Shown here in pieces: positions 19,500 through 29,196 of a DNA stretch of 64,000 bases; position 1 is the stretch's first letter; each line of letters begins with the position of its first letter. Both the position numbers and the translations under genes were made by a program. The stretch spans positions 42,669 to 106,668 of the forward strand of contig JAZOVZ010000041.1 in the NCBI GenBank assembly GCA_045658965.1. Reading direction: 5' to 3'. The notes beneath the pieces are model-generated. The model did no database searches. It was not told where the DNA came from and was given only the letters and a program-made list of their open reading frames with translations. Source of the stretch: Eubacteriales bacterium (GTDB lineage: Bacteria > Bacillota > Clostridia > Oscillospirales > CAG-272).

Positions 19500-20243
19500 T
19501 CAGTGTGCGAATCTGTAGCCGTAAAACAAATCTTCAATCATGAGTTTGCCGTTACGGTCTGTAATGATGATATAAGTTGTCGCGCTTCCGTCACTGCCGA
19601 TATCGCTGCGGAACGTTCCGTTGTTTTGGCGGATCTTGTATTGCAACACATAATGATATTCGGTATAGGTTCCCAGTTTTTTGTCCGTAACCTTTTTCTC
19701 GCCAAAATTTGTGATCTTAATTTCATAAAGCTGCGTCATAGTGAAACCGGGGTCAGGCTCAACCTCTTTGTGCTCGAAATAATAATCACTGAAAAACGCG
19801 TTATATCTGTCGGCATCACCCATAATAATGCTATCAACAAAGTCACAAATTAACGTAACTCCGATAGCCTGCTTATCGCGATTGCTGTCGTCAAGCTCTA
19901 TCATGGAGCCGAGCTGTGATTGATCTGCATAATAGTAAATCTTGCGGTCAAGCTCCAGGTACTCTTTATCTTTCATAATGTCATACTCGTAGTCAATCGG
20001 ATAAAAATAAATAGTGAAATTGTTACCTTGATACTCATTCCCCGCTCCGCCGTTCAAAAAATCCGCAAGCCCGGGGAAATACCCCTCTAATGTATCGGCT
20101 ATTGCCGGATACAAAATGACCGAAAACGCAAAATAAAGTACGGCAAAGGCAAGCATTACGCAAAATGTGATAATAATAATCTTTTTCAGTTTTTTGGTTT
20201 GCTCCTTGGCACTTCTCGGAATATCGTTTTGCTGTTGATTCAC
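19500..20243 (-). CDS. Hypothetical membrane-anchored protein
   Basis: 247 aa. Basic N-terminus, one TM helix (IIIITFCVMLAFAVLYFAFSVIL), and a soluble domain without recognised motifs. Confidence 0.5.
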   Translation of the reverse strand: MNQQQNDIPRSAKEQTKKLKKIIIITFCVMLAFAVLYFAFSVILYPAIADTLEGYFPGLADFLNGGAGNEYQGNNFTIYFYPIDYEYDIMKDKEYLELDRKIYYYADQSQLGSMIELDDSNRDKQAIGVTLICDFVDSIIMGDADRYNAFFSDYYFEHKEVEPDPGFTMTQLYEIKITNFGEKKVTDKKLGTYTEYHYVLQYKIRQNNGTFRSDIGSDGSATTYIIITDRNGKLMIEDLFYGYRFAH

Positions 20244-20369
20244 AACGTTTCTCCCATCAAATTTAAGATACGTATATTATAGCACAACAAGCTCGCGAAT
20301 ACAAGCCCGCTTACGCAAGAAAGGTGTGAATATCTTGCAAATTTTTTCGGAATGTTTTACGTAAAGGTG

Positions 20370-20398
20370 TTGTATATTTTCAAAATATATGATATAAT
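20370..20398 (+). promoter_or_regulatory. Sigma-A-like promoter of the apgM-lepB...thrC gene string
   Basis: TTGTAT, 17 nt, then TATAAT. Confidence 0.45.
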
Positions 20399-20428
20399 AT
20401 TATGAATATTTATCACTCGGAGCAAAAT

Positions 20429-22285
20429 ATGAAATATCTTGTTTTAATCCCGGACGGCATGGCAGACGTCAACGTACCGCAACTGGGAGATTGCACCCCC
20501 ATGCAACGAGCCAACAAGCCCTGTATGGACGCACTCGCGAAAGAATCCACGGTTGGTATCGTATCCAACGTGCCCAAGGGAATGGTGCCTGAAAGCGATA
20601 CTGCCAATATGGCGATTCTTTCCTTTGACCCTAAGATCTATTCTCGCGGAAGATCTCCGTTAGAGGCTGTCAGTATGGGAATAGATATGCTGCCTGACGA
20701 AACTGCTTTTCGCTGCAACCTCGTTACACTCTCTGAGGATGAGGAGCAATATGAAGATAAGATCATGATCGATCACAGTGCCGATGAGATCACAACTGCT
20801 GAGGCTGATGAGCTGATCAAAGCGTTGCAAGAGCATTTCGGCAATCAAGAGCGCAAATTTTATACCGGTGTCAGCTATAGACATTGCTTGATCTGGAAAA
20901 ACAGACCTGACAACTATCCGTTTATGCGTCCACACGACATCCTTGGACAGTGCATCAGAGAGCATCTTCCCGTAGCTGAAGGCGGTGAAGAATATTTCGC
21001 TTTCATGAAAGAGAGCTATGAAGTGCTCAACAACCACCCGATCAACCAAGCCAGACGTGCCCGCGGATTGCGTCCTGCCAATTCTGCATGGCTGTGGAGC
21101 CCCGGAAAAAAGCCGGCACTTCCCTCTTTCAAAGAAAAATGGGGAATAGACGGTGCGGTCATTTCCGCGGTTGATTTGATCAAGGGCATCGGACTTTGCG
21201 CAGGCATGCGTTCTATCGACGTGCCCGGTGCTACAGGTAACGTACACACGAATTATGATGGCAAGGCAAAGGCAGCCATTGAAGCGTTTGAATCCGGCGT
21301 GGAATTTGTTTACGTTCACGTTGAAGGTCCAGACGAATGCGGGCATCGCGGAGAAATCGACAACAAGGTTCTTTCCATTGAGCTGATCGATCAAAAAATT
21401 TTGAAGCCCGTTTACGAATACCTCGTAAGCTGCGGCGACGATTTCAAAATATTGATTCTTCCCGATCATCCTACGCCGCTTTCGATTCGCACACACTCTT
21501 CGGATCCTGTCCCCTTCATGCTCTACGACTCAGGGAAGGAGTGCGGCGGTGTTGAAGGCTTTGACGAGCGATCCGCGAGAACCACTGATATTGTCATTGA
21601 GCACGGTCACGATTTGCTTGATATCGTTATTAAAAAAACAGAAGCCCCCAAAGCTTCCGGTTCAGGTAATAAGCTTAGTACCTTTGCTGCTAACTGGTTT
21701 GATTATCTGGAAATATTCGTGCTTTCCGTTACTATGGTACTCATTCTTTTCTCCTTCTGCGCACGTCTTTGTCGCGTTGACGGAGATTCTATGAAAAATA
21801 CGTTTGAGAACGGTCAGCCGCTGATCATTTCCGATCTGTTTTACACACCGGATAACGGTGACGTAGTCGTCTTTCATCAGACCGAAAGATATCAGAAGCC
21901 CTTGGTTAAACGTGTGATCGCAACGGGCGGACAAAAAGTAGTGATGAATTTTGAGAATAAGACCATCATCATTACGGATGCCAAGACCGGTGAAAAGATT
22001 GATTTTGCAGACGGATTTGCGACCTATTACAATTCTGACAAGACGGACTATGGCGATCAATACGAATGGCGCGACAATTTGTATGCCTTAAATAACCCCT
22101 TAGACGCTGAATATGACGAAGAAACAGGAGACTATACCTTCACCGTTCCCGAAGGCAAGCTGTTCGTCATGGGAGACAACAGAAACTTCTCCGCTGACAG
22201 TCGCACGATCGGCTTTATTGACGAGCGTACCGTCCTTGGAAAGGCAATCGTACGCTTAAAGCCCTTTACAATTTTTACAGACTAA
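20429..22285 (+). CDS. Fusion protein: cofactor-independent phosphoglycerate mutase-like (ApgM family) domain + TM helix + type I signal peptidase (LepB) domain
   Basis: N-terminal ~400 aa has PDGMAD, ESDTAN, HVEGPDECGHRGE and LPDHPTP. C-terminal ~200 aa has TM YLEIFVLSVTMVLILFSF, GDSMKNT (Ser), KRVIATGG (Lys) and VMGDNRNFSADSR. Single open frame. Start at the ATG after a GGAG SD. Confidence 0.75.
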   Translation: MKYLVLIPDGMADVNVPQLGDCTPMQRANKPCMDALAKESTVGIVSNVPKGMVPESDTANMAILSFDPKIYSRGRSPLEAVSMGIDMLPDETAFRCNLVTLSEDEEQYEDKIMIDHSADEITTAEADELIKALQEHFGNQERKFYTGVSYRHCLIWKNRPDNYPFMRPHDILGQCIREHLPVAEGGEEYFAFMKESYEVLNNHPINQARRARGLRPANSAWLWSPGKKPALPSFKEKWGIDGAVISAVDLIKGIGLCAGMRSIDVPGATGNVHTNYDGKAKAAIEAFESGVEFVYVHVEGPDECGHRGEIDNKVLSIELIDQKILKPVYEYLVSCGDDFKILILPDHPTPLSIRTHSSDPVPFMLYDSGKECGGVEGFDERSARTTDIVIEHGHDLLDIVIKKTEAPKASGSGNKLSTFAANWFDYLEIFVLSVTMVLILFSFCARLCRVDGDSMKNTFENGQPLIISDLFYTPDNGDVVVFHQTERYQKPLVKRVIATGGQKVVMNFENKTIIITDAKTGEKIDFADGFATYYNSDKTDYGDQYEWRDNLYALNNPLDAEYDEETGDYTFTVPEGKLFVMGDNRNFSADSRTIGFIDERTVLGKAIVRLKPFTIFTD

Positions 22286-22304
22286 TCCGAAAGGAAAGAA
22301 TACA

Positions 22305-23171
22305 ATGCCCTCTCAGGTCATTCAATGGTTTCCCGGCCATATGGCGAAAACCCGCCGCTTGATCTCGGAAAACCTTAAAAATGTCGACATTATCATCGAA
22401 ATTCTGGATGCACGTATTCCCTACTCGTCCAGAAATCCCGAAATCAAAAAATTAATAGGCGATAAACCCACGCTGTTGCTGCTAAATAAAGCATCCCTTG
22501 CAGACCCTGCGGAGAATAAATATTGGGTGCAGCATTATACGGATGACCATACCGTTTGCATTTTAACAGACTGCATTGGCGGCGAAGGAATCAAGCAGCT
22601 CAGCCCTGCTATTCACGATATCCTGATCGAAAAGGTCGAGAGATACAAAAACAAAGGCATGGCAGGCAGAAAGCTTCGTGCTATGGTCCTTGGCGTGCCC
22701 AACGTGGGAAAATCTTCGCTTATCAACAAGCTTTGCGGAAATAAGAAAGCCAAGGTAGAAAACCGTCCCGGTGTAACCGTAGACAAACAATGGGTATCTA
22801 CCAATATCGGCATTGATCTGATGGATATGCCGGGTATTTTGTGGCCCAAGTTTGAAGAAAAATCTGTGGGCGAGAATCTTGCCATTACAGGTGCAATCAA
22901 AGACGACATCTTGGACATTGAAGAAATCGCTATGATCCTTTGCGGCAGATTGCGAAAGCTTTATCCTGCGCTTCTGAGTGAACGGTATAAGCTGGGAGAT
23001 TTATCGCAGTACGATGATCTGAGCGATTACGATCTTATGCTTACTATCGGTAAAAAACGCGGCTTTTTGATTTCCGGTGGAGAGGTACATTCCGAACGCA
23101 CCGCAAATATGCTGCTCGACGAATACCGTGCAGGAAAAATCGGCCGTGTCACGCTCGATACACGGTCTTGA
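22305..23171 (+). CDS. rbgA: Ribosome biogenesis GTPase A (YlqF/RbgA)
   Basis: QWFPGHMAKT, circularly permuted GTPase motifs LNKASL and GVPNVGKSSLINKL. Confidence 0.93.
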   Translation: MPSQVIQWFPGHMAKTRRLISENLKNVDIIIEILDARIPYSSRNPEIKKLIGDKPTLLLLNKASLADPAENKYWVQHYTDDHTVCILTDCIGGEGIKQLSPAIHDILIEKVERYKNKGMAGRKLRAMVLGVPNVGKSSLINKLCGNKKAKVENRPGVTVDKQWVSTNIGIDLMDMPGILWPKFEEKSVGENLAITGAIKDDILDIEEIAMILCGRLRKLYPALLSERYKLGDLSQYDDLSDYDLMLTIGKKRGFLISGGEVHSERTANMLLDEYRAGKIGRVTLDTRS

Positions 23172-23188
23172 CGATTGAGGAAAATATC

Positions 23189-23800
23189 ATGTTGGAATAT
23201 ACACTTGAATCCGAACTTTATGATCTTGGCTATCACAACGTCTGTGGCGTTGATGAAGCAGGCAGAGGTCCTTTGTGCGGTCCTGTAGTTGCTGCTGCAT
23301 GCATTCTCCCCTGCGGGCTGGTATTGCCCGGCTTGAATGACTCAAAAAAGCTCTCGGAGAAAAAAAGAGACCTGCTTTTTGATCAGATCAAGGAAAACGC
23401 AATATCCTACTGTATTGCAAGCGCCAGTGTTGAAGAGATTGATCAGCTCAATATTCTGGAAGCAACCCTTCTTGCTATGCGTCGTGCAATCGATGGACTT
23501 GCTGTCAAGGCTGACTTTGCATTGATTGACGGTAACGTCTCAAGAGATTTTCAAATTGATGCAAAAGCAGTTATTTCGGGCGATGCAACATCCCCTTCCA
23601 TTGCGGCGGCTTCCATTTTGGCAAAGGTGACGCGTGACCGTATGTGCATAGAATTGGACGCAGCATATCCCCAATACGGCATTGCAAAGCACAAAGGATA
23701 CGGCACCAAAGCGCACATGCAAGCGTTGCGCGAGTACGGTGCCTCTCCTATCCACAGAAAGCAATTCGTTCGCTTTCTGGAAAAAGAAAAGCATGAATAA
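23189..23800 (+). CDS. rnhB: Ribonuclease HII
   Basis: GVDEAGRGPLCGPVVAAA, DSKKLS, ASILAKVTRD. ATG lies 7 nt after the GAGGA SD (the track start 23168 is a TTG). Confidence 0.92.
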   Translation: MLEYTLESELYDLGYHNVCGVDEAGRGPLCGPVVAAACILPCGLVLPGLNDSKKLSEKKRDLLFDQIKENAISYCIASASVEEIDQLNILEATLLAMRRAIDGLAVKADFALIDGNVSRDFQIDAKAVISGDATSPSIAAASILAKVTRDRMCIELDAAYPQYGIAKHKGYGTKAHMQALREYGASPIHRKQFVRFLEKEKHE

Positions 23801-24245
23801 AGCGCAAGTCGGACGGCTGGGGGAGAATATCGCAGCAAAATACTTACGTCGGCACGGCTATGATATACTTGAGCGCAATCTTCACATCTCTCACGAGGAG
23901 ATCGACATTATTGCAATCAGCAAAGACTGTATTGCTTTTGTTGAAGTCAAAACGCGGGTAGCACGTCCCGAAACGGCAGATTATTTGTCTGCTCCCGCCT
24001 CTGCCGTCACACTCAAAAAACAAGAGCATTTGCTGCGCGCTGCGCGTGCATATTTAGCAAAAAGCAGCTTTTCCCTACAACCGCGTATGGATGTCATTGA
24101 GGTTTACCTTACGCCCGATTCTGATTTATCAGCAAAGGATAAATTCGTCGAGAAATTCAGCAGTATGTTTGGCGTACCGTTCAGACCTGCGTTACTTGTT
24201 AATCATATAGAAAACGCTTTTGGCGTTCACGGATACCGTCCCTGA
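23793..24245 (+). CDS. yraN: YraN-family (UPF0102) endonuclease-like protein
   Basis: GRLGENIAAKYLRRHGYDILERNL...EIDIIA...IAFVEVKTR. ATGAATAA overlap with the rnhB stop. Confidence 0.8.
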   Translation: MNKAQVGRLGENIAAKYLRRHGYDILERNLHISHEEIDIIAISKDCIAFVEVKTRVARPETADYLSAPASAVTLKKQEHLLRAARAYLAKSSFSLQPRMDVIEVYLTPDSDLSAKDKFVEKFSSMFGVPFRPALLVNHIENAFGVHGYRP

Positions 24246-24264
24246 AATCATCAAAGGAGTGAAT

Positions 24265-25212
24265 ATGACTTTATCTCTGTTTGACACGCATTGCGATACT
24301 GCTTTTGAACTGTATCGCAGGCAGGAGAATTTACGTGATAATACCTGCCACATTTCCCTTTCACATGCTGCCGGCTACGAGAAGTACGTTCAGTTATTTG
24401 CAATCTGGTCCGACCGTCGATTGGACGACCAGACCTGCTGGCATGACTTTCTTGAAATAGCGGATAATTTTGACCGCTTAATTGCGCTTGAGGGCGGCAA
24501 GATGGCACGCGTTCGCTCGTCTTCCGCGCTTGACAATGCAATTACGCATTCTCAAAGAGCCGCCGTTTTGGCTGTTGAGGACGCAAGATTGCTCGCGGGT
24601 GATATTGATCGACTGTCAGTTCTTTACGATAAGGGTGTTCGCTGCATGACACTTTTGTGGGGTGGTGAGACCTGCATTGGCGGCTCTCACAATACCGATG
24701 TGGGCTTGACCGAGTTTGGCAAGCTGGTCACCAAGAAATGCTTTGAGATAGGCATCGTCCCCGATATCTCACACGCATCCGAGCAAAGCGTTGACGACGT
24801 GATCGAAATTGCAAGCCAATGCAATAAGCCGCTTATTGCAACACACTCGAATTCCTATTCCGCATATGCTCATTCAAGAAACCTGCGCGACAGACATCTT
24901 GCCGAGCTGATGCGCCTTGGCGGTATTGTGGGCGTGAGCATGTGCCCTTCGCATTTGCGCGATTGCTCGCAAGGAAACGCGACTTCAGAAGACGTTGTAC
25001 GCCATATCGAGCGTTACATGGAGCTTGGAGCGCAAGACCATCTTTGCTTTGGTTGCGATTTTGACGGAACCGATCTGCCAAGCGACATTACTCACGTGGG
25101 CGACCTTTACAAGGTAGCAGACCTTCTTGTCGCACGCGGCTACAGCACCGAACAAATTGAAAAGATTTTTTGGAAAAACGCATATCAGTTTTTCCAAAAC
25201 CAACTTATTTGA
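24265..25212 (+). CDS. Membrane dipeptidase-family (peptidase M19) protein
   Basis: LFDTHCDT N-terminus, ATHSNS and CFGCDFDG metal-ligand regions. ATG follows the AAAGGAG SD. Confidence 0.8.
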   Translation: MTLSLFDTHCDTAFELYRRQENLRDNTCHISLSHAAGYEKYVQLFAIWSDRRLDDQTCWHDFLEIADNFDRLIALEGGKMARVRSSSALDNAITHSQRAAVLAVEDARLLAGDIDRLSVLYDKGVRCMTLLWGGETCIGGSHNTDVGLTEFGKLVTKKCFEIGIVPDISHASEQSVDDVIEIASQCNKPLIATHSNSYSAYAHSRNLRDRHLAELMRLGGIVGVSMCPSHLRDCSQGNATSEDVVRHIERYMELGAQDHLCFGCDFDGTDLPSDITHVGDLYKVADLLVARGYSTEQIEKIFWKNAYQFFQNQLI

Positions 25213-25229
25213 TATACCGGAGACCAATT

Positions 25230-26717
25230 ATGTATTTTCAAAGCACAAGAGATTTAAAACAAGAAAAATTCACCTCTGCGCAGGTCATCAGAAAAGGACT
25301 TGCCGATGACGGCGGCCTGTTTGTACCCGAGAGCATTCCTACGTTAACCGTCGATGAGATCAACACGCTGTGCGGCATGGATTACGCACACAGAGCGGCG
25401 TTTATTCTGGGCAAGTATCTGACCGATTATACCCCGGAAGAGCTTCTTGCAGACTGTACGAAGGCCTATTGCGAGGATTCTTTTGTTGGCGGTGCTGCAC
25501 CTTTGCATCACGTTTGCGATAACGTATACACGCAGGAGCTGTGGCACGGACCTACGGCAGCTTTCAAGGATATGGCACTGCAGATCATGCCCCGCCTGCT
25601 TTCCAGAGCGCTCAAAAAGACGGGTGAGCAGCGTAAGGCGCTGATCCTGGTTGCCACGTCGGGAGACACCGGCAAGGCTGCGCTGGAGGGCTATCGCGAC
25701 GTGGATCAGGTATGCATTTCTGTATTCTATCCCGTTAACGGAGTCAGCAAGATCCAAAAGCTGCAGATGGTGACACAAAAGGGCTCGAACGTAAACGTTT
25801 GTGCAATTCACGGCAACTTTGACGACGCACAGAGCGGTGTCAAGCGTATCTTTGCCGATGCAGAAGCGGCGCGCGTGCTTGATGAGAAGGGATTTTTCCT
25901 GTCCAGCGCGAACTCGATCAACTGGGGCAGACTTGCTCCCCAGATCGTGTATTACGTATCTGCATACTGTGATCTGCTCAATGCAGGTCGTATTGCCATG
26001 GGTGATCGCATCAACGTATGCGTGCCCACCGGCAACTTTGGTAATATCTTTGCAGCGTATCTTGCAAAGCTTATGGGGCTGCCGATCGGCAAGCTGATCT
26101 GTGCATCCAACCAGAATAACATCCTGACCGATTTCATGCGTACGGGTACTTATGATCGCAACCGTCAGTTCCATCTGACCATGTCGCCCTCTATGGATAT
26201 TCTGATCTCCAGCAACCTTGAGCGTTTGCTCTACTTTGTTGCCGGCGCAGAACAAACCAAGGCGTATATGGAATCACTTGCAAAGAGCGGCGCATATACT
26301 GTCAGCAATGCTGTCAAAGCACGCATTGATGCAGATTTTTGCGGTTATTTTTCAGATGAAGCACAAACCGCGCAGACCATCCGTAAATACCAGGAGAACG
26401 GTTATCTGATGGATACGCATACCGCCGTCGGTGTTTGCTGTGCTGAGCAGTACCTGCGCGACAGCAATGATATTGCAACGCCCATGGTCATTGCATCTAC
26501 TGCAAGCCCCTACAAGTTTGCAGCCGACGTCTACACCTCTCTTGGCAAGGATGCTCCTGCAGATCCGCTGCAGTCTCAGGCTCTGCTTTCCGATTACACC
26601 GGCACGCAGATCCCCTATCCGCTTGTCGGACTTGGCGAGCGCGAGGTCAGATTTGACAAGACCGTTGCTTCGCAAGACATTCTGCAAGAGGTATTTTGTT
26701 TCGCAGACACACAGTAA
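25230..26717 (+). CDS. thrC: Threonine synthase (long form)
   Basis: YFQSTRD N-terminus, PLP lysine motif PTAAFKDMALQ, ATSGDTGKAA. Confidence 0.93.
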   Translation: MYFQSTRDLKQEKFTSAQVIRKGLADDGGLFVPESIPTLTVDEINTLCGMDYAHRAAFILGKYLTDYTPEELLADCTKAYCEDSFVGGAAPLHHVCDNVYTQELWHGPTAAFKDMALQIMPRLLSRALKKTGEQRKALILVATSGDTGKAALEGYRDVDQVCISVFYPVNGVSKIQKLQMVTQKGSNVNVCAIHGNFDDAQSGVKRIFADAEAARVLDEKGFFLSSANSINWGRLAPQIVYYVSAYCDLLNAGRIAMGDRINVCVPTGNFGNIFAAYLAKLMGLPIGKLICASNQNNILTDFMRTGTYDRNRQFHLTMSPSMDILISSNLERLLYFVAGAEQTKAYMESLAKSGAYTVSNAVKARIDADFCGYFSDEAQTAQTIRKYQENGYLMDTHTAVGVCCAEQYLRDSNDIATPMVIASTASPYKFAADVYTSLGKDAPADPLQSQALLSDYTGTQIPYPLVGLGEREVRFDKTVASQDILQEVFCFADTQ

Positions 26718-26752
26718 AAAAAATAGCGGACATCGGCTGTGCCGATGTCCGC
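26716..26752. terminator. Terminator hairpin shared by the convergent thrC and DUF1540 genes
   Basis: A8 run, then a 12-bp perfect stem GCGGACATCGGC-TGT-GCCGATGTCCGC. Confidence 0.7.
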
Positions 26753-26759
26753 GCAGGAA

Positions 26760-26948
26760 TTACATTTTGTCCTGATCCTGCTTAAAGGTAGAACAGATCG
26801 TATCAGTAGAAGAAGTAGCGAAGGAAGGTCCAATCGCAATTTCACCGGCTGTACAGTAGCAATCACCGTCGTGATATACGCAGTTCTTTACGTCACACTT
26901 GACGTCCTTGATATGCTTTTCGCATCCGCATCCGCGTTTGTTATCCAT
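26760..26948 (-). CDS. DUF1540 domain protein (small Cys-rich, spore-associated family)
   Basis: 62 aa. KCDVKNCVYHDGDCYCTAGEIAIG is the DUF1540 core. Start is at the second ATG after the AAAGGAG SD; the longer track ORF was rejected. Confidence 0.75.
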   Translation of the reverse strand: MDNKRGCGCEKHIKDVKCDVKNCVYHDGDCYCTAGEIAIGPSFATSSTDTICSTFKQDQDKM

Positions 26949-27028
26949 TTTCATATCTCCTTTTGTCAATCTGACAATAATAGTGTGGCGCACAACCGTT
27001 TTCTTATTCTCAAAGAAAGGAGTTCTCC

Positions 27029-27754
27029 ATGGCAATTTATACCATAGCAGACTTACATTTATCAATTAACGACCAGACAAATAAATCCATGGAGGTCTTC
27101 GGTGCACGCTGGAGCGGCTACGTGGAAAAATTGGAACAGCACTGGCGCAATACGGTCAGCCAATCCGATACGGTCGTTATTCCCGGTGACATTTCGTGGG
27201 CCTTGACGCTGGAGGAAGCCGAACAAGATCTCAATTTTTTGAATTCCCTTCCCGGCAAAAAGCTGATCGGAAAAGGCAATCATGATTTTTGGTGGTCAAC
27301 CGCCACAAAAATCAATACATTTTTTGCCGGGCACAATATCGATACGATTTCACTTTTACAGAACAATGCCTATAAAGCAGAAAACAAAATCATTTGCGGT
27401 ACACGCGGATGGTTTACTGACGACAGCCAACAGCTGACCGTTTCCGAAACCGATTATGCAAAGATCGTGAACCGCGAAGTCATCAGACTTGAGCTCAGCT
27501 TAAAGCAGGGTCTGAAATTACAAGATCCGAATGACCCCGAAGAAATTCTCGTATTCTTGCACTTCCCGCCAATTTGGGGAAATTTCCTTTGCCCGGAAAT
27601 TTTAGACACTTTGTCTAGGTACGGAGTTAAGAATTGTTATTTTGGCCATATCCACGGTGGATACAATCTTCCGAGCGTGCTCTACTATAACGACATTCGG
27701 TTCGTAAGAATTTCCGCAGACCATCTCTCCTTCTTGCCTTACCCCATAAAATAA
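27029..27754 (+). CDS. Metallophosphoesterase
   Basis: ADLHL, IPGDISW, GKGNHDFWW, LHFPP and FGHIHG motifs. Confidence 0.85.
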   Translation: MAIYTIADLHLSINDQTNKSMEVFGARWSGYVEKLEQHWRNTVSQSDTVVIPGDISWALTLEEAEQDLNFLNSLPGKKLIGKGNHDFWWSTATKINTFFAGHNIDTISLLQNNAYKAENKIICGTRGWFTDDSQQLTVSETDYAKIVNREVIRLELSLKQGLKLQDPNDPEEILVFLHFPPIWGNFLCPEILDTLSRYGVKNCYFGHIHGGYNLPSVLYYNDIRFVRISADHLSFLPYPIK

Positions 27755-27785
27755 GATATTTTATAAGGGAAAATCGCGATTTCTA

Positions 27786-27814
27786 TTGACAAAACAAACG
27801 AAATTGTGTACAAT
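27786..27814 (+). promoter_or_regulatory. Near-consensus sigma-A promoter of tig
   Basis: TTGACA, 17 nt, then TACAAT with an upstream TG. Confidence 0.6.
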
Positions 27815-27868
27815 AAATAGGTTGTGTAAAATAAAAAATAAAATAAATCAAAATTTTGGAGGATCAAC

Positions 27869-29152
27869 ATGAATCTCGTAAAATCCGAAAAGAACGAACA
27901 CAGCATGCACTATCTTGAGTTTGCCGTAGATAAGGCAACCTTTGATGCTGCTGTAGACAAAGTTTACCGCAAGCAGGTAAAGAACATCAACGTCCCCGGC
28001 TTCCGCAAGGGCAAGGCTCCCAAGTCTGTCATCGAAAAGATGTACGGCACCGGTGTCTTCTATGAGGATGCTATCAACGATCTCATTCCCGAGAACTATG
28101 AGGCTGCTGTTAAGGAAGCAGGCATCACCGTTGTCGGTCAGCCCGAGATCGATATCGTTTCTCTTGATGAGAACGGTCTGGTTCTCTCTGCAAAGGTTCC
28201 CGTAAAGCCCGAGATGCAGATCAAGGACTACAAGGGCATTGAGGCTGTTAAGGCAACTGCCGAAGCTACCGATGAGCAGGTTAACCGTGAGCTCGAAATG
28301 ATCCGCGAGAGAAACTCCCGCGAGATCGAGATCACCGAAGAGGCTGCACAGATGGGCGACATCGTAAAGATCGACTTCGACGGCTCCGTTGACGGCGTTG
28401 CATTCGACGGTGGCAAGGGCACCGACTATTCCCTGAAGCTTGGCTCCGGTTCCTTTATCCCCGGCTTTGAGGAGCAGATCGCAGGTCACACCATTGGCGA
28501 AGAGTTTGACGTAAACGTTACCTTCCCCGAGGATTACCACGCTGCTGAGCTGGCTGGCAAGGCTTCCGTATTCAAGACCAAAGTAAACGCAATTTCCCGC
28601 ATTGAGCTTCCCGAGCTGGACGATGAGTTTGCAAAGGATGCTTCCGAATTTGACACTCTTGATGAATTAAAGGCTGATATGAAGGCTAAAATTCAAGAGA
28701 GAAATGAAAAGCAGGCTGAGAACGAGTTCGAAGAGAAGCTGATTGAGGCTCTGATCGAAAAGCTGGAGGGCGAGATTCCCGAGGCTATGTTCGTAAACGA
28801 GACCGAGAACTTTGTTCGTGACTTTGACAACAGACTGCGCAGCCAGGGCATGGATATGAACCTGTACTTCAAGTATACCGGTCTGACCATCGAGGCTCTG
28901 CGTGAGCAGATGAGACCTCAGGCTGAGCGCCAGGTCAAGGCAAGACTTGCTCTTGAGACCATCGCTGCTCTGGAAGGCGTTGTTGCATCCGAGGATGAGA
29001 TCAACGAAGAATACCAGAGAATCGCTGATGCTTACCACCTTGAGGTTGCACAGGTTAAGGGCATGCTGGACGATGCTTCCATCATTGCAGACCTGCAGGT
29101 AAAGAAGGCAATGGACATCGTTAAGGAGTCCGCTGTTATCAAGGCTGAGTAA
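27869..29152 (+). CDS. tig: Trigger factor
   Basis: 427 aa. GFRKGKAP ribosome-binding motif and a central FKBP PPIase domain. tig-clpP-clpX synteny. Confidence 0.96.
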   Translation: MNLVKSEKNEHSMHYLEFAVDKATFDAAVDKVYRKQVKNINVPGFRKGKAPKSVIEKMYGTGVFYEDAINDLIPENYEAAVKEAGITVVGQPEIDIVSLDENGLVLSAKVPVKPEMQIKDYKGIEAVKATAEATDEQVNRELEMIRERNSREIEITEEAAQMGDIVKIDFDGSVDGVAFDGGKGTDYSLKLGSGSFIPGFEEQIAGHTIGEEFDVNVTFPEDYHAAELAGKASVFKTKVNAISRIELPELDDEFAKDASEFDTLDELKADMKAKIQERNEKQAENEFEEKLIEALIEKLEGEIPEAMFVNETENFVRDFDNRLRSQGMDMNLYFKYTGLTIEALREQMRPQAERQVKARLALETIAALEGVVASEDEINEEYQRIADAYHLEVAQVKGMLDDASIIADLQVKKAMDIVKESAVIKAE

Positions 29153-29196
29153 TCAGACTCCCTACTTCCCTATTATTTTGAAACGAGGTAAACAAG

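Noticed and set aside
24220-25229. Upstream-extended ORF starts in the track: 24220, 25170, 29774, 43533, 44620, 23682, 53850, 54999, 39828, 41977 and 33123
   Set aside because: In each case an internal ATG preceded by a well-spaced SD coincides with the start of the conserved family N-terminus. The extensions overlap the upstream gene or a terminator.
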